The notes under the pieces were generated by a model. It saw nothing but the letters and a program-made list of their open reading frames with translations. It searched no databases and was not told where the DNA came from. Shown here piece by piece: positions 9,468 through 16,300 of a stretch of 24,324 nucleotides of DNA. The position numbers and the translations under genes were made by a program. The stretch comes from a virus (taxonomy: Duplodnaviria; Caudoviricetes): IMG/VR virus record IMGVR_UViG_3300037313_000380, positions 1 through 24,324 of that record; one strand, given 5' to 3'. Within the stretch, counting starts at the first letter, position 1, and the number at the start of each line of letters is the position of its first letter.

Positions 9468-9955
9468 CGGCACCCGCAGACGGCATGTCCGTCCCGGCGA
9501 TCGCGACCGACCTGCCGTACACGACCGTCTGGACCGACGGCTCCTCGACCGGGCGATGGGGTCCGGGTGGATGGGCGTGGTGCGTCCTCGACGGACCCTA
9601 CGCCGGCCGCCAGGACTCCGGTGGGCACCCGGACACCACGAACCAGCGCATGGAGCTCCTCGCCGCCCACGAAGCCGTGAAGAGCCTGCCCGGCCTGCTG
9701 CTCGTCGTCTCCGACAGCCAATACGTCGTCCGCTGCTTCACCGAGAGCTGGTGGAAAGCGTGGGACCGCCGCGAGTGGCGCAATGTCGCGAACACCGACC
9801 TCTGGCAGCCGTTCATCGCTGACGTCCTCGAGCGCCGCGGCGAGGTCCGGTTCGCATGGGTCCGCGGGCACGTCGGCCACCCCGGCAACGAGCTCGCCGA
9901 CCAGCTCGCGAAGGCCGCCAAACAGGCCGTACGGCCAGCGGAGGTGGGCGTGTGA
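9464..9955 (+). CDS. rnhA: Ribonuclease HI family protein
   Basis: WTDGS, TTNQRMEL, SDSQYV, NTDLW, WVRGH, GNELADQLA: all RNase HI catalytic acidic residues are present. Confidence 0.92.
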   Translation: MTAPADGMSVPAIATDLPYTTVWTDGSSTGRWGPGGWAWCVLDGPYAGRQDSGGHPDTTNQRMELLAAHEAVKSLPGLLLVVSDSQYVVRCFTESWWKAWDRREWRNVANTDLWQPFIADVLERRGEVRFAWVRGHVGHPGNELADQLAKAAKQAVRPAEVGV

Positions 9956-10122
9956 GCTTCGCCGTTCGCTACCGCCCAGACACGCCGTACGGGCGCCTCT
10001 ACGGCTCCTGGCAGTTCCCGTGGTCACGCGGCCTACCAACCCGCGAAGCCGCCGAGCAACTGCGGCAGGACAGCGCCAGCACGGACCAGATGGAAGTCAT
10101 CGAACTCGAGGAGAGCAACTGA
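9952..10122 (+). CDS. Hypothetical protein, 56 aa
   Basis: GGAGG RBS, GTGA overlap. Confidence 0.6.
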   Translation: MSFAVRYRPDTPYGRLYGSWQFPWSRGLPTREAAEQLRQDSASTDQMEVIELEESN

Positions 10123-10123
10123 C

Positions 10124-10507
10124 ATGGCCCGGATCCGCAGCATCAAGCCCGAGGCAGCGAAGTCGCTGACGCTCGCCTCGTGGCCGCGCGAAGTGCGGCT
10201 CGCCTGGCACTACCTGTCCATGTACCTCGACGATCGCGGCCGCGGCATCGAGAACCTCCGCAGCATCCTCGGCGAGTGCTTCCCGAACGATCAGGACGTC
10301 ACCGAGAAGAAGCTCACGAAGTGGCTGGACCTGATGGCGTCACCGCCTCGACTCAAGCCGAGCGACGAGCCCGCGCTCTGCCGGTACCAGGTCGACGGCG
10401 TCGGCTACATCCACGCGCCGAAGTGGACGCAGCATCAGAAGATCAACCGGCCGACACGGTCACGACTCCCGTCCTGTCCCGAGCACGAGCCGGAGGGGCT
10501 GTTCTGA
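10124..10507 (+). CDS. Phage replication initiator/replisome-organizer-like N-terminal domain protein
   Basis: MARIRSIKPE…DDRGRG…YQVDG…W..HQKINRP is typical of phage Rep-like N-termini. GAGGAG RBS. Confidence 0.75.
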   Translation: MARIRSIKPEAAKSLTLASWPREVRLAWHYLSMYLDDRGRGIENLRSILGECFPNDQDVTEKKLTKWLDLMASPPRLKPSDEPALCRYQVDGVGYIHAPKWTQHQKINRPTRSRLPSCPEHEPEGLF

Positions 10508-10686
10508 TGTCGAACTCACTGAACCCTCACGGAGCCCTCACTGAGCGACCGATGACGGTCTCACTCACGCCTCACTCTCGGAACAAGGGAACTAGGGAAC
10601 GGGGAACAAGGAACGAGGTTCACCTCCAAGACCAAACCTCTCGACTCACCACGGCGCACGCCTTCGGCGATTGGACTTGGACGTGA
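10507..10686 (+). CDS. Short repeat-containing ORF (59 aa) resembling the linker region of Rep-like initiators
   Basis: TGATG and GTGA coupling, but atypical codon usage; may be non-coding origin DNA. Confidence 0.4.
   Translation: MSNSLNPHGALTERPMTVSLTPHSRNKGTRERGTRNEVHLQDQTSRLTTAHAFGDWTWT
10515..10614. repeat. Iteron-like repeat cluster / candidate phage replication origin
   Basis: CTCAC at 10515, 10526, 10537, 10560, 10564, 10571; GGAAC at 10580, 10588, 10596, 10603, 10610 in a purine-rich tract. Confidence 0.6.
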
Positions 10687-11111
10687 ACGGCAACCAGGTC
10701 TCACAACTCGCCCACGCCCTCAACGAGCTCCGCCCCGACTGGCCCATCTCGTCGCTCACCACGTGGATCACGAACAACCTCTCGAAGCGCTCCTACCAGG
10801 ACGCCGCCGTCGCCCTCGTCTGGGTCGCCCTCGACATCAAGCCCGACGGCACCTTCGCCACCGAACGACCCGCTCGCGTCCTCGAAGCTGGCCCATGGTG
10901 GCGTGCAGCCGCCGCCGGCGAAGCACGCGTCACACCCGGACCCGCAAAGCCGGGTGTCGACTGCCCCAAGCACCCCGGCCAGGAGCCGCCGCCGTACTGC
11001 GGGCCCTGCAACGTCGACAGTGTCCGCGCGTACAACGACCCCGACCCAGAGCCGCCCATGCCCGCCGCTGAGGCGCTGCGGATCGCCCGCGAGAAGGCGA
11101 GGCGGTCGTGA
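10683..11111 (+). CDS. Hypothetical protein (LRPDW…PARVLEAGPWW; C-terminal CxxH…CxxC)
   Basis: GTGA coupling at both ends; lies in the replication module. Confidence 0.75.
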   Translation: MNGNQVSQLAHALNELRPDWPISSLTTWITNNLSKRSYQDAAVALVWVALDIKPDGTFATERPARVLEAGPWWRAAAAGEARVTPGPAKPGVDCPKHPGQEPPPYCGPCNVDSVRAYNDPDPEPPMPAAEALRIAREKARRS

Positions 11112-11395
11112 GCAAGAACCTCATCCCCGCCGGCCGCGGCAACTGCCCGAGCCACAAGGTGGCGTACGCGTCCCGGGCACAGGCGAAGAAGTCCGCCCGG
11201 AAGCACCAGGACAAGTCGCTCGGCGTCTACCGGTGCCTCGACTGCGACTGGTTCCACCTCGGCCACAAGCCCCAGCGCGTCCGCAACGGCGAGATCGACA
11301 AGGACGACTGGCTCGCCGCCACCACCAAGCCGAAGACCCCGACCCCCGCCGACATCGCCCGCATCGCGGCCCGCCGACGACAGGAACCAGCATGA
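11108..11395 (+). CDS. Small Zn-finger protein (C…K..Y.S…A…YRCLDCDWFHL)
   Basis: Cys/His motif; coupled at both ends. Confidence 0.75.
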   Translation: MSKNLIPAGRGNCPSHKVAYASRAQAKKSARKHQDKSLGVYRCLDCDWFHLGHKPQRVRNGEIDKDDWLAATTKPKTPTPADIARIAARRRQEPA

Positions 11396-11604
11396 GTGCC
11401 AGCCCGCCCTTCGCAGCCCGCTACCCCGGGCACTGCGCCGCCGACTGCGGCAACCCAATCCTCCCCGGGGAAACCGTCAGGTACGAAGACAACGAGCTCA
11501 TCCACGACGGATGCGTCGCCTTCACCGAAGTGCCCGCACGCTCGGCGTGCCCACGTTGCTTCATCGTGCCCTCGATCTCCGGCGCCTGCGGATGTGACGA
11601 GTGA
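11392..11604 (+). CDS. Small Cys-rich protein, 70 aa (MSASPPFAARYPGHCAADCGNPILPGE…IHDGC…CPRC…CGC)
   Basis: AGGA RBS, ATGA and GTGA overlaps; resembles the 431-556 product. Confidence 0.75.
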   Translation: MSASPPFAARYPGHCAADCGNPILPGETVRYEDNELIHDGCVAFTEVPARSACPRCFIVPSISGACGCDE

Positions 11605-12755
11605 CCAAGCCACCGACCTGCCACTTCGACACGGACCGAGGCTGGCTCACCCTCGAGCACCTCCGGGACTGCGTCGACAGCACCTGCCGAGGCTGCAAGC
11701 CCTGCGGAGACGACCACTGCGGCCTGCGCGACTGCCCTCACCACGTCAACCACGAAGCCGACCTCTGGACCTGTCCACGCTGCATCGGGAAGGCCAAGCG
11801 CGACCTCACCACCATCGAGGACCTCTACGCCCTGGTCGACACCGACGTCGAGCTCCGCATCGGCCAAGCCGACTACCTCAGCCTGCTCCTCGACGAAGCC
11901 GCCGGCACCGGTGTCGACTCCGAGGCGTTCAACCTCGTCGGCCCCGCAGCTGACCCTGGCCAGTACGCCGAACACCGACGACGTCTCGGCGTCGCCTACC
12001 AACAGCGCGGCTGGTGCGACTGGCCGCGCCACGACCGCTTCCACGACGACGACCCGCACCACCCGTACTCCGTCCTCGGGCGCTGGGACATGATGCTGCG
12101 CGACCTCTACGGGCCCCAGACCGACCTGTTCGTCACCGTCGTCAGCGCCGCCAACTACCTCCGGAAACTGCTCGAAGGGCCGTTCCCCCACCAGGACCTC
12201 TTCGAGCTCTTCACCCGCGACCTCACGCAGTGCCGCGAGCACCTCGAGCAGATCACGCACAACAGCCGGACCCCCGAACAGGGCCGACACTGCCCGCGCT
12301 GCATCGAACACCGCGGATCCGGCCCGCGTCTCCGGAAGCGCTACGCCGATCACCCGAAGCTCAAGGCCGGTAAGGGATGCGGGAATCCGCCGAGATCCAA
12401 CGCGTACCCAGACGGCTGCAAGACGTGCGCCGGCGACCTCGACACCTGGCACTGCCCCGACGAACCCGAGCACTGGTGGACCGAGCACGACTACCGAGCC
12501 CGGGTCGCAGTCGACTACGTCCAGCACGCCGGCGAGCTCACCATGAGCGACCTACCCGGCCGTACCGGGATCAAGCCCGGCACCTTGCGCAGGTGGGCCG
12601 GCCGTACCTACCTCGGGACCGACGACAACGGCGAAGCCCTGTACGGGCCGCCCAAGCTCAAGGCCCGCGGCCGCAACGCGGACGGGCGCAAGCTCTACCG
12701 CGTGGCCGACGTCATCCGCCTCGCCGAGGGGCGCCGCGCCGATGCCAGTGCTTGA
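11601..12755 (+). CDS. Cys/His-rich protein with a C-terminal MerR/excisionase-like HTH; putative late-transcription regulator
   Basis: Multiple CxxC motifs. C-terminus TGIKPGTLRRWAGR…RKLYRVADVIRL. It is the last gene of the coupled run before the late region; the function is inferred. Confidence 0.7.
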   Translation: MTKPPTCHFDTDRGWLTLEHLRDCVDSTCRGCKPCGDDHCGLRDCPHHVNHEADLWTCPRCIGKAKRDLTTIEDLYALVDTDVELRIGQADYLSLLLDEAAGTGVDSEAFNLVGPAADPGQYAEHRRRLGVAYQQRGWCDWPRHDRFHDDDPHHPYSVLGRWDMMLRDLYGPQTDLFVTVVSAANYLRKLLEGPFPHQDLFELFTRDLTQCREHLEQITHNSRTPEQGRHCPRCIEHRGSGPRLRKRYADHPKLKAGKGCGNPPRSNAYPDGCKTCAGDLDTWHCPDEPEHWWTEHDYRARVAVDYVQHAGELTMSDLPGRTGIKPGTLRRWAGRTYLGTDDNGEALYGPPKLKARGRNADGRKLYRVADVIRLAEGRRADASA

Positions 12756-12780
12756 CACGACCACGAACGGCGGTGAGCAT
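12752..12780 (+). promoter_or_regulatory. Candidate sigma70-type late promoter
   Basis: Perfect TTGACA (12752-12757), 17-bp spacer, GAGCAT (12775-12780; weak -10). Confidence 0.45.
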
Positions 12781-12932
12781 TGACCGCGGAGGACCATGCC
12801 CAGCGGCAGGGTCCTCTTCGCGCGTCCAGCGAGCAGTACGACGACCTCTGGCGCTGTCGCCACTGCCAACGCTGGTTCGTGGTCCCGAGCCTCGCCCGCG
12901 ACCACGAACACGACTGCGGACAGCGATCTTGA
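12780..12932 (+). CDS. Zinc-finger micro-ORF (…DLWRCRHCQRWFVVPSLARDHEHDCGQRS); start uncertain
   Basis: Translated by hand. CxxC-x12-HxxxC with coding-like codons from about 12831. The only in-frame start upstream of the motif is TTG 12780. Confidence 0.5.
   Translation: MTAEDHAQRQGPLRASSEQYDDLWRCRHCQRWFVVPSLARDHEHDCGQRS
12785..12822 (+). promoter_or_regulatory. Leader stem-loop (possible attenuator/terminator)
   Basis: CGCG-GAGGACC-a-TGCC[cagc]GGCA-g-GGTCCTC-tt-CGCG nested pairing. Confidence 0.45.
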
Positions 12933-13015
12933 CCGGCAGGGCCCGCGGGGCGGAAGCCGGGAACCTCGGGCGCGTCGGTGAACGGCCGACGCCGACGCAC
13001 ACCGGGAGGTCGCCC

Positions 13016-13302
13016 ATGCTCAACACCCCGCTCCCCGTCGATGCACCACGCGCACACTGCGCCGACCCGTCACTCCTCCCGCTGGTCGACGCCGCCGCCG
13101 CCAAGCCTGGCGGGCCGCACGGCGAGTGGATGAAGACACGCATCTGCCCCGGCTGCCCCGTCGGCGACCTGTGCCGGACGTGGGCCATGGAGCACACCGT
13201 GAAGACGGGATCTGGGGCGGCATGAGTCCGAACACCCGCACGCGCCGAGGCGCACCCGGATCGCCACAGCACGAGGCCGCTCGACGTAAGGCCGGGATCT
13301 GA
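13016..13302 (+). pseudogene. whiB: WhiB-family transcription factor gene with a frameshift near 13193-13200
   Basis: GGAGG RBS. AHC…KTRICPGCPVGDLCRTWAMEH lies in one frame and EDGIWGGMSPNTR in another; that second frame ends with a TGATG overlap into the next gene. Confidence 0.8.
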
Positions 13303-13523
13303 TGGCCGTCGAGACGCCGGCCTGCACGAGCTGCGGACGAGACCTCCGGCCACACTGCGCGCAGCTCAACGTCGAGGTCAGTGCCCACAGCACCCAACCC
13401 GCGTCACGGTGCGGCTGGTGGCGCTGCACGAACCATGTCTGTGGAGTCGACATGCAGGACTTCCGACGCGGCGTACGGCGACTCACCACCGGCGAGATCG
13501 AGCCAATCCCCCGCTCAGCCTGA
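13302..13523 (+). CDS. Small Zn-ribbon hypothetical protein, 73 aa
   Basis: CTSC…HC…CGWWRC…C; TGATG overlaps at both ends. Confidence 0.65.
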   Translation: MAVETPACTSCGRDLRPHCAQLNVEVSAHSTQPASRCGWWRCTNHVCGVDMQDFRRGVRRLTTGEIEPIPRSA

Positions 13524-13864
13524 TGGCCAAGCGCGTGTGCACAGAGCCAGGCTGTGGCCTTCTCGTCGAGCACGGCGTGCGAGACGGCCGATGCGATGAC
13601 TGTCGCAGGGCCAAGGACAAGGCGCGAGGCACACGCCAGCAGCGTGGCTACGGTGCCGAGCACGACGCACTCAGGGCCGAGCTACTGCCCGAGGCGTACG
13701 GCCAGCGCTGCCACCTCTGCAACGAACGCATGTGGCCACACCAACAGCTCGCCCTCGACCACACCGAGGACCGCACCGGCTACCGCGGCATCGTGCACCT
13801 CACCTGCAACGCCCGCGACGGCGCCCAACGAGGCAACGCCCTCCGTATCTCACCACACGCATAA
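13523..13864 (+). CDS. Terminase-associated HNH endonuclease
   Basis: MAKRVCTEPGC…RQQRGYG…CHLC…LDH…HLTCN, immediately upstream of terS. Confidence 0.85.
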   Translation: MAKRVCTEPGCGLLVEHGVRDGRCDDCRRAKDKARGTRQQRGYGAEHDALRAELLPEAYGQRCHLCNERMWPHQQLALDHTEDRTGYRGIVHLTCNARDGAQRGNALRISPHA

Positions 13865-13965
13865 CAGGGTGGGGAGGGACCCTCATCGGCCCGATCCTAG
13901 GGACCGCGGGGGAGGCGTCAGCGAAGTCCGGAGGGTTCAGAACTTTTAGTGTGGTCGCGCGACAT
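13865..13965. other. Candidate DNA packaging (cos/pac) region
   Basis: Non-coding gap between HNH and terS with G-runs (GGGTGGGGAGGG, GCGGGGGAGG), an AT patch, and the palindrome GTCGCGCGAC (13954-13963). The call rests on position. Confidence 0.4.
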
Positions 13966-14049
13966 ACCACCTCGCGCATACGAACTTCCGCCCGGCGCAA
14001 GGCTGCGGCGAACCTGACGCGGCGCAACGCTGCTGAGGAGATGATCCGC

Positions 14050-14595
14050 ATGGCGAAGGGTGGAGCACGTAACCGCTCGGGCCCGTCTGCTGACCCAGCT
14101 TCGATCCGAAGCGCCCAGCGCGGTCTAATCCTGACCGCTCTCCCGTCGGAGGGCTATGTCGGCGAGGTGCCTGCGTTCCCACTCCCCCGCATCGTGCGGT
14201 GGGTTGAGGTGTTCGAGGATGGCAAGAAGCATCGCGAGGTCGACGCTTCGGTGTCGGACTGGTTCCGTGATCGCGAGCTCGAGGTGTGGGCCGAGCAGTG
14301 GCGTACTCCGCAGGCGTGTGCGTGGGCTCGGGAGTCGTGGCGGTGGCCGACAATCGCGGAGTTCTGCCGCCTCAAGACCGTGGTCGAGGTCGAGCCTGAC
14401 GCGAACGCGTCGCTCGTCGCGCAACTGCACCGCTTCCGTGACCAGATCGGGTTGACGCCGGCCGGGCTCAAGGAGAACGGCTGGGCGATCGCAGCGGACC
14501 AGGTTGCCGCGAAGGCTGCCGCGAAGAAGACTGCGGCGAAGAAGACCTCGGCGCGCGACCGGATGAAGGTCGTGCAGGGTGGCGGCGGTACCTGA
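14050..14595 (+). CDS. terS: Terminase small subunit
   Basis: MAKGGARNRSGP…WRTPQACAW…QIGLTPAGL; GAGGAG RBS at 14035-14040; precedes terL. Confidence 0.85.
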   Translation: MAKGGARNRSGPSADPASIRSAQRGLILTALPSEGYVGEVPAFPLPRIVRWVEVFEDGKKHREVDASVSDWFRDRELEVWAEQWRTPQACAWARESWRWPTIAEFCRLKTVVEVEPDANASLVAQLHRFRDQIGLTPAGLKENGWAIAADQVAAKAAAKKTAAKKTSARDRMKVVQGGGGT

Positions 14596-16285
14596 CGGTC
14601 GCTCGACCGGCGGCAAGGACACTTGGGTAGTCGACTTCCCGGTCCTGTGGGTCGCTGTCGACTGGGAAGAGCGCCACGGCGTGATCTCCGACCCGGTCCG
14701 CGGCGTCCACCGTGACGAGGACGGCGATCCCGAACCTTTCATCGAGTACCCGCAGCAGCTGTGGGTCACGGTCAACTGGTACCGAATCCGCCCGACGGCG
14801 AAGCTCGGGGACTTGAACACCGCATTCTTCTACCGTCGTGTGCAGTACGTCGGGCCACAGAAGTGCGGCAAGGGTCCGTGGTTGGCGAAGAAGACCAAGG
14901 GTCAGGCGGCCGGGCCTGTGCTGTTCAACGGCTGGGCCGAGGGCGGTGAGGTCTTCGCGTGTGAGGACCACGGCTGCCCGTGTGGCTGGGAGTACGTCTA
15001 CAAGGCCGGCGAGCCGATGGGCAAGCCCTGGGCAAAACCGCTGATGCAGCTGATGGCGACGTCCGAGGACCAGGTCGACAACGTCTACGACCCGCTCAAG
15101 GCGATGCTGAAGCACGGCCACGACTCGGACCTCTACACCGTCGGCGAGGAGTTCACCCGACTCCCGAACGACGGCAAGATTGAGACGGTCACGTCGTCGG
15201 CGCTGTCTCGTCTTGGCAACCCGATCATCTTCGCTGGCCAGGACGAGACCGGGCTGTACACCGACGCGAACAAGCTGCGGAAGCCTGCGGAGACCCAGCG
15301 CCGCGGTGCCGCCGCCATGGGTGGCCGGTCGATCGAGACGACGAACCCGTGGGACCCAGGCGAGGACTCGGTCGCACAGCGCACGTGGGAGTCGAAGCGC
15401 CCTGACATCTTCCGGTTCTGGCTGAACCCAGAGCTCGAGGTGAGCCTGCGGCGGGCCGATGGGAAGCCGTTCTCGTTCTGGGTCAAGCGCGAACGTCGGA
15501 AGATCCTCGCGCACGTCTACCAAGGCATCGACCACATCACACCGGAGTCGGTCGAGGCTGAGGCACTCGAGATCGGCGAGAAGGACCCCGGTCAGGCGGT
15601 CAGGTTCTACGGCAACAAGGCGGAGTCCGGCCATGGCGTCTGGATGACGCCGGACCGGTGGAGCTCCCGAGCGAAGCCCGACGTGACTGTGAAGCCGAAG
15701 ACGCAGATCGTGGTCGGCTTCGACGGCTCGGACACCGATGACTGGACCGGCTTTCGCTGCGAGACCCGCGATGGCTACCAGTTCACCCCGAAGTTTCCCG
15801 ACGGCCGCGCGATGATCTGGAACCCCGCCGATCATGCCGGACAGGTGCCGCGCACCGAGGTTTCCGCAGGGCTCGCGCACATCATGTCGACCTTCTATGT
15901 GGCCCGGATGTACGGCGACCCGCCCTACTGGGAGTCCGAGCACGACGCCTGGGCCGAGCTGTACGGCGAGGACGTAGTCATCCGCTGGTACACCAAGCGG
16001 GCGACGCAAATGCACTCGGCGGCCGAACGGCTCTACGTCGACCTCGGCAAGAGCGATTCGAGCTTCTGGCACGACGGTTGTGGCATCACGGCTGACCACA
16101 TCTACGCCACGCACAAGAGCCCGCGCCCGAGCGCTGACCAGCCGGGCCGCTACATCCTCCGCAAGCCCGGAGATGGTCGAAAGATCGACATGGCCATTCC
16201 ATCGATCCTCGCGCACGAGGCGCACGGCGACGTGACGGCGGCCGGATGGCCGGACGTGAGCGAGAACTTCGCGTACTTCATCTGA
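14579..16285 (+). CDS. terL: Terminase large subunit
   Basis: Walker A GPQKCGKG, Walker B QDETG, coupling motif TTN, nuclease VGFDGS…KIDMAI. Exact start uncertain. Confidence 0.93.
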   Translation: MAAVPDGRSTGGKDTWVVDFPVLWVAVDWEERHGVISDPVRGVHRDEDGDPEPFIEYPQQLWVTVNWYRIRPTAKLGDLNTAFFYRRVQYVGPQKCGKGPWLAKKTKGQAAGPVLFNGWAEGGEVFACEDHGCPCGWEYVYKAGEPMGKPWAKPLMQLMATSEDQVDNVYDPLKAMLKHGHDSDLYTVGEEFTRLPNDGKIETVTSSALSRLGNPIIFAGQDETGLYTDANKLRKPAETQRRGAAAMGGRSIETTNPWDPGEDSVAQRTWESKRPDIFRFWLNPELEVSLRRADGKPFSFWVKRERRKILAHVYQGIDHITPESVEAEALEIGEKDPGQAVRFYGNKAESGHGVWMTPDRWSSRAKPDVTVKPKTQIVVGFDGSDTDDWTGFRCETRDGYQFTPKFPDGRAMIWNPADHAGQVPRTEVSAGLAHIMSTFYVARMYGDPPYWESEHDAWAELYGEDVVIRWYTKRATQMHSAAERLYVDLGKSDSSFWHDGCGITADHIYATHKSPRPSADQPGRYILRKPGDGRKIDMAIPSILAHEAHGDVTAAGWPDVSENFAYFI

Positions 16286-16300
16286 CCCGAAGGAGGGCGT

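Noticed and set aside
9464-9955. Retroelement (retron/DGR) suggested by the RNase H gene
   Set aside because: No reverse transcriptase motifs or template/variable repeat pair were seen in the window.
10515-10614. Possible CRISPR array
   Set aside because: The repeats are only 5-8 bp with no spacer architecture, and no cas genes are present.
12796-12981. 61-aa ORF MPSGRVLFARP…
   Set aside because: Low-complexity Ser/Thr/Ala translation; the overlapping zinc-finger frame looks far more protein-like.
12933-13010. Possible tRNA or ncRNA upstream of whiB (hairpin GCGTCGG…CCGACGC)
   Set aside because: No cloverleaf, T-loop or CCA end is visible, and a single GC hairpin is unremarkable at this GC content.
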